A stretch of DNA of 64,000 nt from Camelus dromedarius. Lineage: Eukaryota. Positions 38,913 to 52,950 of this stretch are shown one piece after another; position 1 is the stretch's first letter, and the number at the start of each line of letters is the position of its first letter. The stretch lies in the NCBI RefSeq assembly GCF_036321535.1, contig NC_087437.1, positions 7,998,001-8,062,000 on the forward strand. The letters are read 5' to 3'. A model generated the notes under the pieces. The model worked only from the letters and a program-made list of their open reading frames with translations, was not told where the DNA came from and made no database searches. The position numbers and the translations under genes are program-made.

Positions 38913-41889
38913 AAGAAGGCATGGGTTGGGAGGGAGAAAGTTGTAATTCCAGAAGCAGGAGCAGCAGCTCCATGCACATTACCTTTTCCATTCGGCTGTT
39001 TTGTAATGACCTGTCCTATTTCTCTCACCGTGGACCTGAGAGAAAGTCTCATTAGATTGTGCAAAACATGCATATGGATGCCCTCATGCAGGAAAGTGTC
39101 CCTGAGGGGAAAGTGTATTCATTAGAGTAGTTGGTGAGGGGGAGTAATAAACCAAACAGCAAGAAAGAAATTCCAGAATCAGTTTAGATTTATTGCTTTG
39201 GATTCTAAGTATTGCCAAGACCCAGCAGATCTAGGAAATCAGAGTAGGTGCTCTAGTGTATTATACTAGGGGGAACTCTCAAGTGACGAGTTAGCCCCAG
39301 TGTAGGACACGCAGCTGAGACTGGCTTTGCCCTTTGGCAAGTTAAAAGGCTGAAACAGTGGAGCAAGTCTCTCCAAGTGTCCATTAGCCACAAAAGAAAC
39401 CCCCACGCTGTTCAGCACATTGTGCTGGAGCAGTCAGATTTCCAGAAATAGACTCACCCAAATCCCCTTTTTGTATTCTCCCGAGCTGAATCTGAACTTT
39501 CCAGGGGCTCGGCTTGCCTTTTATTTTTCACTCTTCTTTTCGTAGATGGTTGAATTTCTTAGTGTTGCTTTCAGATCAGATGTTATTTTGGGCACAATTC
39601 AAAGAAAGCCATCAATATCCATTGAGAAGCAGTAGGTGGCAGAAAAGTTCAGCTTCATTCCTGATTAAGCAAAGACACACATCAGGGGGTGTAGGAGATG
39701 GGGGGAAAACCAAACGCTCCAAGGTCATTGAAAAGTACAAGTGTTTGATGACATAGGATGATGCTGGCTAATGCTTAAAGTCTACCAGGTTTTAAAGAGA
39801 CATTTACAGTTTTTAAAATTCCAGAGCTGCTGTTCACATTTGCTACCATCACCAACAACATATTTAATCACAACACCTTGAAATTAAAATTTTTAATGAC
39901 AGAAACTTTAAAAAGTCACAATGGAAAAATCATCATTTGGTGTAACAAAGGAATTTTTGTGGCTAAAGCCCGAGTGAATCATCTCCGAACAGCACAGCAA
40001 CTCTCCAGTGCGAATTCGTAAATAGTCCTCAAAGCCTCTTCCCTTCCTCCCCGTCCTCCTTCACGGCCTCCTCCTCACCTGCCAGGAGATAATCGTTAAA
40101 GCCAAGACCCTGCGCAAAACCACCTGCCTAATTGTCTCATTTAATTTTCATAACTACCCTGTGAGGGAAAATCGGGGCCCAGGCATGTAAATAACTTGCA
40201 GATAGACAGATCATAATCGGATCTGTCTGATTACAAAGCGTACACTCAAAGTCTTTCTGTTTGACCACAAGGAGAGAAGAGCATGTATTTGAATTCAGAG
40301 TTTGAAGATTTTGATGTAATGACCTAAGGAGGAAAATCCCTGTACTTTCAGGGACTTATCCTCACTAAAACACTCAAAGTCATTATCATCTCATTATTGG
40401 CTCCTAGGTGTATGGGGAAAATAAAACAATTTTAATTGACTCCCCAGGGACTAAATAACAATATGTTTGTGTCTTAAGCTTGCTGAAATAGAATGGAAAC
40501 TAGTTTCTGTCATCCTTTTCTTCTTTGGAAGTCTAATTCATCGGGAACCACCCGGGACAGCACCCACACACACTTCAGCATCACTCCTCAGCTGGGCTCC
40601 TCCCCTCCAAGTTTCTAAGCCACATCCTAGGCAAAACTCCTGTGCTTAACGGGAAAAAAATAACAACAGCAACAACAACAAAAGAAAAAAAAACAGCAGC
40701 CCACCCACACATCCTTTTCACAGGACTAAAATCAAATGAGGTGAATAACAGAGAATAGGCTTCATATATTCAGAGACCTAGAGTTTTAAATAAATACATA
40801 TATTCGTCTACTCTTACATCCCAATGAAGACATTTGAGGTCTCACTGAAGGTGTCTTGAAACAATTGGAAAAGTATTTAAGCCCAAAATATGTACCTACT
40901 TTGTTGTCCTACCCTGCCATAGCTTCCAGAAAAGCTTGTGGTGATTAAATTTAATAGAAACTTAAGCCCACTGTTCTCTTTGACATTTCTTGGTGACAGG
41001 GTGGTAGACTCAAGATTAAAGAAGACAATTGTCTTGTTTTGAACCATCCTTTAAAGATGAAATATGACCTCAAAATGCTATTATCCGAGGGATGGGGAGA
41101 AGTTTGTGGATGATTCTTATCTTTATCATTTTTACTGATCTCTATTTTCTATTTTTAAATGACTGTCATATATATTTTAAAGGTTGCTTTATTTAAAAAG
41201 GAAAGAAAGCCAGCATGAAAAAAAACAAAAAAAGAAATCTGATATGCTCCTGTAACTTCAGCAGTAGCTGGGGAAAATTTTTTTCAAGGCTTCATTAGGT
41301 CCATGTAGTTCTCAGGCTCCTTTGCCTGTGGGAATTCAAAGCTCAGGCATTAATAAAATGTGGTGGTAACCCAGCTGGAGCAGAAGGCAGACTATCTGGA
41401 AATTTAAACCCCAGCAAGTCCACCCAGTGGTGGGATGACCCTGGGCAGGTCATTTAACTTCTCCAACTCTTGATTTACTTTTACAAAAGGAAAGATAAAC
41501 TGGATACAGTCTACAGACCTCTAACAGTCCTAACCATGCTCAAAATCCAATGCAGTAAGCTATATTTAAGCTTTAATGAATGCTGCTTGTAGAGGTAATT
41601 AGATATCTTTGGGGATTACAAGATGGTAAATGGATGCCTGTTTCTCTCAAAGGATATTATTCCCCCATCTGTCAATTCCCTTGAGCCAAGAGAATAATCA
41701 TTAGTCCTTTCCTGAATTTGTTCTTGTCTCTTTTATTGCACATATAATTTGAAAATGATGTACACTCTCCTATCCCTTGCTGGTAACAAGGCATACATTA
41801 TTTTCTGTCCTCTCACCATTTCTACAGCCAAATAGTTATCACCTTTAACCTGCAGGAAAACATCACAGAATCTCAAAAGAACTCAAAAG

Positions 41890-43030
41890 CAATGGAATAT
41901 CACAAATGCTGTGATGACGGACACCTAAGGAAGGCATTTCCAAATGGGATGGCCAGAAAAGGCCTCTCTGAGGAAGGGAGATTTGAGTTAAGATGTGTTG
42001 GATAAGGAATTGGACATGAGAAAGGCATAGAAAGAGCTTCCCAAGAGAAAGGAGCAGCCTGCACAGAGGTCCTGAGATGAGAAAAGATTGCCACGTCCCA
42101 GGAACTCACAGAACACCAGGGTGACCAACTGGGACAAGAGTATACAGAACAGACTTAGCAAGGCTGGAAGGCCTGGTTCCTACAACACATCGTAGGCTGT
42201 GCTAAGAGTGCTGCCAAGTGCAGCGGGAGTCACGGCAGAGAGGTAGGGTGTTACCTGCTCCAAGTCTTTGGAAGAAAAGGGACTCAGGCTGCCGAATGGG
42301 AAACAGATGTTAGGAGGGTGGGATAATAAGGGCAAAAGTGAGAAGAAGTGTGGGGAGAGCCCTGCAGCAGCTCAGGGAAGAGTTGGCTGGACTATAATGG
42401 TGCCGATGCAGATGGAGGAAGTGGATGGATTTGAGATATATTTTGGAAAAGAAACAACAGAACTTATTAATGGATAAGATGTGGTGGGAGGCAGGGGTAG
42501 CTGAGAGAAGCAATAATGACTCTTCAGGTTCTGGCTCAAGTAACAAAGATATGGGGAAATTCAGTGCGATGGGAGATTCTGGGAGAAAACCAGGTTTGTG
42601 TTGTGAAAGCAAGACTATCCGTGTACAGATGATATTTAAACAATGGAAACAGATGGGTTCACCTAGGGAGGGAATATGGACAGAAGAGGGTAGGGGACAT
42701 GGGACCAACACCAAGGGATTTAACATTTACAACAGAGAGTGAGAAGGAACAGAGAGGTCAGAGGAAACCAAGAGAGGGTGTTACCCTGGAAACCAAGAGT
42801 AGAGAATTTTCAAGAGGGAAAAAATGGTAAACTGGACCTAATCACTCCAGTTTGATAAGGTGAGATGTGGAAAGTGATCATTGCAAGTGGCAATACGGAA
42901 GTCATCGGTAACAGGAACAAAAGCAATTTAAAAATGTTTAAGTACATGTTTAATGGCATGCTAGGAAGTCAGCTTCGGTGTGTACAGAGGAATGAGTGGC
43001 AGGTGAGAAAGCAAAGGCAACACACACATA
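41890..43030 (-). mobile_element. L2 LINE (degenerate)
   Basis: ggccagaaaaggcctctctgaggaaggga...gatggatttgagatatattttgga...gatgggttcacctagggag...gaggaatgagtggcaggtgagaaa. Confidence 0.8.
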
Positions 43031-43034
43031 CAGT

Positions 43035-43290
43035 TCTTTTATTTTTAATTTAATTTCTGAATAGAAACTACATTAATATGACTCAGAAGACAAAGGGGAC
43101 CAAAGAGCTTGCAGGGAACCCTCCCTCCCATATGTGTGGCTAAATCCCACTCTTCTTTCTGAGGTATTCTATGCATATGTAAGCAGTGTCCTTGCATTTT
43201 TTGTTTCCTTTCTACACGAATAACAGTGCACTATATACACAGTTCTGAGTCTTGCTTTTTTCAACTAAAATCCTATCTTAGACGAATATA
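43035..43290 (-). mobile_element. Old L1ME-like 3' fragment
   Basis: tattctatgcatatgtaagc...ctatatacacagttctgagtcttgctttttt. Confidence 0.5.
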
Positions 43291-45479
43291 ATGGAAAATA
43301 CCTTAAAGCACATTTTAGACTCTTGGTCCTCGTTCATGAAACCACCCACTCCAAATGTGAAATTACCATCTACTAGGATGTAGTAAAAGCCTGTGGCAAT
43401 ATGCAATGCAGACATGCACAGAAGTTGGGAGCTGTGATTGGCATCATCCTGACCACGTTAATGAAAAAACAGCAGGTTTAATTGCCCAGAGTTCTATAAA
43501 TGGTACTCAAGCACACCTTCCGTAAAATAAGTGTTCTTAACTTTGATCCTAAAGTATCTTAAACTGCATTATACAGCTTCAGAGCTAAATTAAATATGCT
43601 GTTTGACATAGCTTTAATGTTTTACTTTAAATGTTCTGAACATCTAGAAGTCAAAGAGGTTCTATGTGATTTATCAAATAATATTATAATATCATGGATA
43701 TTATATATGAGAATTGTCTGCTGAACAGCATATTTAACCAGAGTATCCCTTTTCGGGACTAAAAAAGAAAAAAGCAAAAACACACTTTTATATATGAAAA
43801 CTGTGACAGTATTAAAACATGGCTCTAATTTTTTGCTACTCCTCCCCTTCTGAGAGGAGAATATAAGGACCTGGCAGTGTTATTAATGAGAGCAGAATTG
43901 CAGACACTCTTCCTAAAAGACATTGTTTTTTGGTTGGAATTTGTCAGAAGTAAAGGAAAGGGTGTGAAACTCAGAAAAATGTAAAGCTGCTTTTATCCAT
44001 TTAGGAGAGAAGAGTGATACTATGTACCCTTCCCATCTCTAACCAAACGCTCTTGCCTTCTCTGTGAGGGTAGCAGTAAAAAGACAACTGGGCTATAAAT
44101 TTTGGGGCATCTGATAAGATGTTTTTATGATTATTTAAAATTAAAATGCATAATATTAGCAAATGCATGTTATAGAGGAATTGAGTAGGCATATATTGGA
44201 GAAAATCAATTCAAAACTTGATAATAAATCTCTTAAATTATCGGCTAGTAATATTTTGTAGGTATATTTCCAATGGATAAAAGCAGAGATTTTCAAAATA
44301 CATACATACTTAAACACACCCATATAATATATATATAATATATAATAACATAATACATAATAAATATAATCTATCACATGTTTATGTTATATATAAATAT
44401 CATATGTAAGTATAAATATATATGCATGCATATACAGAAAGATAAGGCCAAAAAGATAATAGACCAAAATATTATTGACCATCTCTTAGTTCTGGTATTA
44501 CAGGTGGTTATTTTTTCTTATTTTGTAATAAGGAAAAAGAAACATTTACGATTATAAAGAATAAATAATTTCAAGAGACAAGTGTTAGGCACCAAAGAAA
44601 TGTTTTATTAGGTATCATTGCCTTTATTTAAATATGTAATTTTTTCCTTTTCAAAAGCAGAAAAATTTTAGATTAAGAGCTTTAGAATATATGTGTATGC
44701 ATATATATTATATATACATATATGTACATACATTGCTACTCGGCATACAGTGCTTACAGCTGTCTGTCTCTAAAACATATTAAGAAAGCACTTTAAACGA
44801 GAACTCTCTGCTATGATTGCTACTGGAGATAAGATACGAAGCAACTTACTTAACAGATATTTTTCATCTAATAACATTTCTGATTTTGTGTCCAGGAGAA
44901 ATTAATTGGAGCAGTTTTATTAAGAGGTAGAAATAATTATAAGCTGGTAAATTAATTCTGATTCATGTACTTTGGTTTGGAGATTCAGAGTCTACTACTT
45001 GAGAAATTTGCTGAGTTGAAAACTAAGGTGCATACTTATTGGTGGATTTGGGCAAATACCATCAAAAGCTACAGATGCAGAAGAGTTTCTATTTTGGGGT
45101 TAGGGAAGGTAGCCCAGGATTTTTACAAATCTCTCTATCAAACTGTGGTGACAAAGCCTCTTCATTTTTTGCCTGCAACTTGCAAAATTAACTGGCACAG
45201 GGCACCACCTTTAAAAACGTTACAAAATTATACCATCAATAAAAATATTCCACGTCAGTTTTTAATAGAAAATTTGGTATCTGTATGGGTAAAATTTTTG
45301 TTTTCAAAACTTTCAGAACATCAGGAAAGCATCATAGCAGAAATTTCTGATAAAGTGATTGATAAAATTAGACTGATTACAGCAACTTCCAAGTCACAGA
45401 TTTATATGCAGTGAGTTTCAGGGCATTCTTCCTCCTGATTCAGATCCCAAAGAATAGTAGAAGAAGAGGTGAAAGAAGA

Positions 45480-45735
45480 AACTAGCATTTACTCTGTGCC
45501 TGCCATATTCTAAACCCTGGACTGGATAGATGCCTTACATGTATTCTCTTCTTTAATTTTTCACAACCATGCTGCAAGGTAGTCGTTAACTCTACCATTT
45601 TACTGATGAAGAAACTGAGGCTCATAGAGCTAAAATTATGTACTTAAGGTATCACAAGAAGTAGATGGCTGAGCCAGGGTTTATACCTAAATGGTGTATG
45701 TCTCTTAGTCCCATGCTTTTCCCACACTACCACTT
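45480..45735 (-). mobile_element. MIR SINE
   Basis: ccattttactgatgaagaaactgaggctcatagag...ggctgagccaggg. Confidence 0.85.
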
Positions 45736-46029
45736 TTAGAGACTAGAATGTTATTTAAAAATGAGTCTAATATTGCCAAATTCTCTGCAAGGAATCCCAA
45801 GTTGCACTAAGGAAAACTGAGTATGTTTAAGCTATTCCTGGCACCGCAGTCAGTTGGTGTTAATTGAACATTGCTGAATGGCAAGAGCTATACAAGACAA
45901 ACCTAGGCTTGGAGAGAAATTTTTTAAGCATTCTTTCCTTAAATAGTTTATATTCCTACAGGCTTGAGTCATTTGGGAGGGAGCAGGAGCGCTGGTGGAC
46001 CCAGGGAAAACAAGTACAGTAGACCTGCT

Positions 46030-46146
46030 GTGGTGTCACCTGGGAGCTTGTTGGAACTGCAGAGACCGCCCCACCCAGACGTCCTGAGTCAGAATCTGCA
46101 TTAGCAAGATTCCCAGGTGGTGCACACTAAACATGAAGGAACACTG
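46030..46146. mobile_element. MER5A-like remnant
   Basis: tcacctgggagcttgttggaactgcag...ctgagtcagaatctgcatt...caagattcccaggtg. Confidence 0.75.
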
Positions 46147-47454
46147 TGGTTGAGAGATTAAGAAATTCTTTCTCCCTATCAGAGTAAATGTCTTAAGAAA
46201 GGAGGTATTTTAAATTTAATTTTTAATGGAAAAATACATGGATGTTGATTTTTGCAAAATATTAGGATTTTTCATATTCAAATCTTTGAAGTTATCCTTA
46301 GAAATAAAAGGGTTCATGCATTTTATTTCATACTGGTTATCTCTGAATCAATCTCCTTCCTTGCACATCCATACCAAATCATATGCCAGTACCCACGGCA
46401 CATGCGTTCTGTGTTTTATTCTTCACATGGATGGTAACAAACTGTGTTACCTAGAAGGTGACTTCCATATGCCTCCTAAGGTTCTTCTTCGCTCATGGAT
46501 TACTACAGCAACCTAATAAAAATATTTATGGTATATCAAAGACATGTAAAAAGATTATTACGGAAGAGGCAAGAAATACAATGCTGTTTGCCAGTTATCT
46601 AACCAAAACAGCTTAAAGTTTCCCAACTTTGCAGTGAATGCGCTTGTTAGAAAAACCACTAAGTTAATGACTACCAGTCAATGGTCAGACCTTATTCTTT
46701 CAACCTAAGTTTATATGCAAAACACATAGATAAATTCCATCAGATTTGAGATGATCCTGATGGAGGACACATTCTTCATGAAATTTTAACCAGAAGATTT
46801 ATTCATTCCACGTCTCAAAATGGACCTTTAGCAACTTGATTTAAAGGGTTCTTGCTTCATGTTGTGACACTTCTTCTCCTGTGGTTCCCTGTTTTATTAT
46901 CAGGGGAACTCTTTCTTAACACTGTTTACTAGGGAGGGCATTCAAGGTTGACACTTGAATTCCCAAAGATTTATTTCAAAGCCTTTTAAGGCATTTGGTA
47001 CTTCAAAGGCTTTATGTACCAGTGTCATAGTAAGAATAAAGCACAATTCTTGAATACCAAAGAAATCTAATGTCTGCTGTTTTCCCTTCTGTCTAAATTA
47101 TTTAAGCCCCTGAGCATAACAGCTCCAATGTACATGTTATCTCTAACAAACAAAATGTAGTTTAAGCCCCATAATTTTATAACTTTCTGATTTTTTTTGT
47201 GATGAAGGCACATTATTGAGTGTAAGTAACATGAAGTGGAGCATTTATTCTTTTTGTGTTCTCCATCTAGATTCTGACTCAAACCACCACCACCAAAAAT
47301 GAAAGATTTCCTTTTCCTTTTCCTTTCCTTTCTAAAAGAATTTTAAACTAATGAATTTTTATTGTATTTTATATGGAAAACAAACAATTTTTTAAATTTT
47401 CTAAGAAGTCTGTCATTCAAAGAAAGCTAATTTTTGCTATTTCCATCCCATCTT

Positions 47455-47456
<2 letters not shown>

Positions 47457-47535
<79 letters not shown>
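47457..47535. repeat. Compound (TA)n(GA)n microsatellite
   Basis: Perfect TA run to 47486 directly followed by a perfect GA run. Confidence 0.97.
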
Positions 47536-47537
<2 letters not shown>

Positions 47538-47689
47538 TCATCACACACAAAAGTAATGCATATTTATACAAAACATTACAAGAAACCAGATATTTGAAAG
47601 TTAATATCCCCCATTAACTCACAACCAAGCACAATCATCACAGATAGTTTTTTTTTTTATAATTCTGTTATCCTCTTCCATATTCTAAT

Positions 47690-47841
47690 CATACATTTAT
47701 TCATTCAATACTTACATAGTACCTACTATGCATAAGGTACCATTCCAGGTACAATAAAATTATAGTGCTCAAAACTGACAGTTATCCCTGCCTCAATGGT
47801 GCTTATATTCTTGTGAAAGAAACAAATATAATAAATAAGCA
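47690..47841 (-). mobile_element. L2 3' end, split by the following L1 (resumes about 51700-51770)
   Basis: tttattcattcaatactt...gtacctactatg...tccctgcctcaatggtgcttatattct; continuation tgctacagagaaaaataaagcagg. Confidence 0.7.
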
Positions 47842-50800
47842 GGAATGAAAAAGCTGGGATAGCAGTACCTATCCAAGACAAAATAGACCTTAAAACAAAT
47901 ACTATAATAAGATAAAAAGGGCATTATGTAATGATAATGGATCAATCTAACAAGAAGGCCAACTTTTGTAAATATATATTCACCCAATATAGAAGCACAT
48001 AAATACATAAAGAAAATATTAACAGATACAAAGGGAGAAATTAACAGTAACATAATAGTAGTAGAGAACTTTAAAATTCTGTTTATATCACTGGATAAAT
48101 CATCCAGATAGAAAATCAATAAGGAAACATGGGCATTGAATGACACATTAAATCAGACAGACTTAACAGATATATTTAGGACACTTTAAGCAAAAGCAGC
48201 AGAATACACATTCTATTCAGCTGCACATGGAACATTTTCCAGGATAGATCACATGTTAAGTGACAAAACAAGTCTCAGTAAATTTAAGAGGATTAAAATC
48301 ATATTAAGCGTCTTTTCAGATCAAAACAATATGAGACTAGAAATCAACCAGAAGGAAAAAACTGGAAAAAAACCACAAACACATGATGTCTAAAACATGC
48401 TGCTAAACAAGCAGTGGGTCACTGAAGAAATCAAAGAGGAAGTCAAAAAATACCTTGAGACAAATGAAATTGAAAACGCAATGTTCCAAAATCTAAGGGA
48501 TGCAAAAAAGATAGTTCTAAGAGGTAAGTTTATAGCAATACAGGTCTACCTCAGGAAACAAGAAAAATCTCAAACAGTCTAACCATACATTTAAAGGAAC
48601 TTGAAAAATAAAAAGAAAGGCCAAAGTTAGTAGGAGAAAGGAATACCAAAGACTTGAGCAAAAACAACTGAAATTGAGACTAAAAACTAACATAGAAAAG
48701 ATCAGTGAAACTAAGAACTGGTTCTTTGAAAAGATAAACAAAACTAAACCTTTAGTCAGATTCATCAAGAAAAAAAAGAAAGGGTCCAAATAAATCAGAA
48801 ATGAAAGAGGACAAGTTACCACCAACACCATAGAAATACAAAATATCATAAGACATTACTATGAAAAATCATACATCAACAAATTGGACAACCTAGAAGA
48901 AATGGATAAATTTCTAGAAATATACAATCTCCCAAGACTATCAAGAAGAAACAGAAAATCTGACCAGACCAATTACTAGTAATGAAATTGAATTCTAATT
49001 TAAAAACTATGAACATTCAAAAGTCTAGAATGAAACAGCTTCACGGGGGAATTCTACCAAACACTGAAGAAGAGTTAATACCTGTCCTTCTCAAGCTATT
49101 CCAAAAAGTTGGAAGAGTGCTCCCAAACTCATTCTATGAGACCAGTGTTACCTTGAAACCAAAACCAATATATTTAAAATATAAAATACTTAAAATATAA
49201 ATATTTAAAATATAAAAATGTACGCCAATCTCTCTCTTGGACATAGATGAAAAATCCTCAGAAAAAGTTAGCAAACCAAATTTGACAAGATATTAAAAGG
49301 GTCATACACCAAATCAAGTGGGGTTTATCCCAGAGCTGCAAGAGTGGTTCAATATCTGCAAATCAATCAGTATTATGTACCATATTAACAAAATAAAAGA
49401 TAAAATTGTATCTTCTCAATAGATGCAGAAAAAGCTTTTGACAATATTTAACACCCATTTATGATAAAAAGTCTCAACAAAATGGGTATAGGAGGAATGT
49501 ACCTCAACATAATAAAGACCATATATGACAAACCCACAGCAGCATCATATTCAGCGGTGAAAAGCTGAAAGCATTTCCTCTTAAGATCAGGAACAAGACA
49601 AGGATGCCCACTCTCATAACTTTCATTCAACATAATTTTGGAGGTCGTAGTCACAGCATCAGACAAGAAAAAGAAAAGGAATCAAAAATGGAAAGGAAGA
49701 CGTAAACTATTTGCAGATGACAAGATACTATATATAGAAAATCCTAGTAATGCCACTAAAATTACTAGAACAAATAAATGAATTCAGTAAAGCTGCAGGA
49801 TACAAAATTAATATACAGAATTATGTTGCATTTCTATACATTAATAAACTATAAGAAAGAGAAACTAAGAAATAATTCCATTTACAATTAAATGAAAAAG
49901 AATAAAATACGTAGGAATAAATTTAACCAAGGAGATGAAAGACCTGTACTCTGAGAAGTATTACATTGATTACATTAATTGAAGACAACACAAATTGAAT
50001 TATATACTATACTCATAGATTTTAAAAATTAATGTTGTTAAAATGTCCATACCACCCAAATTCAGTGCAATCCCTATTGAAATAACAATGGCATTTTTCA
50101 CAGAACTGGAAAAAATAATTCTAAAATTTGTATGGAATTATAAAAGACCCCAAATAGCCAAAGCAATCTTGAGAAAGAAGAACAAAACTGGAAATATCAC
50201 ACTTCCTAATTTTAAACTATACTACAAAGCTGTAGTAATCAAAGTAACATGGTAGTGGCACAAAAACAGACACATAGGTCAATGGAACAGAATAGAAAGC
50301 CCAGAAATAAACTATGATTAATGATAGTTTGGTGAGGGAGGTAAGAATATATAATGAGGAAAAGACATCCTCTTTAATAAATGGTGTTGGGAAAACTGGA
50401 CAGCTACATGCAAAAGAGTCAAAGTGGATTATTTTCTTATGTGATACAGAAAAGTAAATTCAAAATGGATTAAACTTAAATGTAAGACCTGAAACGATAA
50501 AACACCTAGAAGAAAACATAGACAGTGCACTTTTTGACATGGATCTTAGCAATATTTGGGGGGAAATATCTCCTCAGGCAAAAGCAACAAAAGCAAAAAC
50601 AAACAAATGAGATTACATTAAATTAAAAAGATTTTGCACAGCAAGGAAAATCAAAACAAAAAGGCAACTATTGAATGGGGGAAGATATTTGCAAATGATA
50701 TATTTGATAAGGGGTTAGCATCCAAATTATACGTAGAAATCATACAGCACTATATAAAAGAAACAAATAGTCTAATTTAAAAATGAGCAAAGGACCTGAA

Positions 50801-51700
50801 TAGACATTTTCCAAAGACAGACAGATCGCCAACAGATACATGAAAAGATACTCAACATCATCCATCATCAGGGAAATACAAATCAAAACCACAGTGAGAT
50901 AGCACCTCACACCTGTCAGAAAGGTCATCATCAAAAAGACAAAAAACAAGTGTTGGCAGGAATGTGGAGAAAGGAACCCTCATACATTGTTGGTGGGAAT
51001 GTAAATTGGTGCAGCCATTATGGAGAACAGTGTGGAGATTCCTCAAAAAATTAAAAATAGAACTACCATACAATTCACCAGTTGCACTTTCAGGATTTAT
51101 CTGGAAATAACAAAAATACTAATTTGAAAAGATATATTAACCCTTATGTTCACTGCAGCATTGTTTACAATAGCTTAGATATGTGAAAAATCTACATGTT
51201 CATCTATAGATGAATGGATAAAAATGATGTGATATATAGATACACAATGGAATATTACCCAGCCATATAAAATGAAATCTTGCCATCTGTGACAATATGG
51301 ATCAGCCTAGAGAGTAGTATGCTAAGTGAAATAAGTCAGACAGAAAGATAAATGCTGTATGATCTCACTTATATGTGGAATCTGAAAACAAAACAAACAA
51401 AAACAAAACAAATAGACTAGATACAGAGAACAAATCGGTGGTTGCCAGAAGGAAGGTGGGTGGGAGGTTTGACAAAACAAGTGAAGGGAATTGAACAATA
51501 CAAACTTCCAGTTATAAAATAAATAAGTCACAGGGATGTATGAACAGCATAAGGAATATAGTCAATAATACTGTGATAATTTTGTTTAGTGACAGATTGT
51601 TACTAGACTCATAATCATTTTGTAACATATTTGATTGTGAAATCACTATGTTGTACACCTGAAACTAACATAATATTGTACAGCAGCTATACTTCGGTCA
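47842..51700 (+). mobile_element. 5'-truncated L1 of about 3.85 kb (ORF2 and 3'UTR), inactivated
   Basis: Peptides LLNKQWVTEEIKEEVKKYLETNE and [28 protein letters not shown] motif ctatttgcagatgac (LFADD); 3'UTR tgttgtacacctgaaactaac. Confidence 0.97.
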
Positions 51701-52589
51701 ATCAAAAAGCAAACTGCATTGCATGTTAGGTATTCATTGCTACAGAGAAAAATAAAGCAGGAAAAAGAAGCATGCAATTTACATTTTACATATTTTTTGA
51801 ATCCCGACTTTTTTCCATACTTAAATAATATAATTATGTCTGTATTATCAACATAAAGTCAAATTTCAACATGTAGATGTATCACAGTTTACTCAACTGT
51901 TCACCCATTATTAATCATTTACATTGTTTCTAACTTTTCACCATTTTAAATTATTTGTAATTGTCTTTGATTACTATATATGAGTATATGGTCTTCCTAG
52001 CTAGTTTTTAATCAACTAAAATAATGTTATCTTCAGTTTTTGTGTCCCAAGAGTAACCAACCCCCCTGTACAAAGTTCCCTACTCACCTACACTCAGCAT
52101 ATGCTTTCTGAATAATAAACCCGCACCCTAATAATAAATTAGAAATTAATGATAGAATGAACGAATGAAGTCCTCGGGGGACACTGAACTAACATTGAAA
52201 GCAGACAGCAGACTGCCCCAGGCTACACAAGCTGGCTACAGGAGTAGAGTAACTCCATGCTTTGTTAAAACTCTACAGAGATGGAAGGCTTCATGCCTTC
52301 TAGTCATTATGTCATCACTGGGGAAAGAGAATTTCGTCTGAAACTATGAAGCACAATTCCAGTGACTTATTAAAACTCTTTAATTATAAATAAGTACCCC
52401 CACAAAAAAAAAATGTCCTATGTTAAATTTTTAGAAAAGCCTGAGTGGGACAGGGAGTGGTGAGAGAAGAGACAGAAGGATCTACAGACCTTCCTGTACA
52501 GACACGTTCTTAAGTCGGCTTGAGTTTCACGTGTCAGAGGTAACTTACCTTATTGCTACCTGAAAGCAGTTAGAGGGACCAGACCTCCG

Positions 52590-52950
52590 CTGAGTAGCTC
52601 CCACGTGCCAGACACTCCAGTAGGACAGACAGTAGTTCTTCATGGAGTTGAGAGACGGCAAATGGAGTGGAAGTGGGCAGTGGGGAAGGGAGACAGACAA
52701 CCACAATGTAAGCAAACAAACAAGTGTTGAAAATTGCAGAACGTGCTGCGACAGAAACAAGGTTCTGAGAGTTATATGGTGGAGGCGGTGAGTATTTAAA
52801 GCAAGACCATTTCTAATGAGAAAATGTTAGATTCAAGACCTGAAGGATAAAATAAAGTCATCTATACAAAGAAAGAGGGAAGGGTGGGGAGTAGCAGGAG
52901 GAAGAACGTTCTAAGTAAAGACTGCAGCCTGTGCTTGGCTATGAAGAAGC
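52590..52950 (-). mobile_element. L2 fragment
   Basis: tgagtagctcccacgtgccagacact...gggagacagacaa...aagacctgaaggata...ttctaagtaaagactgcagc. Confidence 0.55.

Noticed and set aside
42310..42742. Overlapping 138-aa and 105-aa ORFs
   Set aside because: They lie within a degenerate L2 element.
44965..45414. 149-aa ATG-initiated ORF in unique AT-rich DNA
   Set aside because: No recognisable motif, splice context or promoter; an ORF of this length can occur by chance. A BLASTp hit would overturn this.
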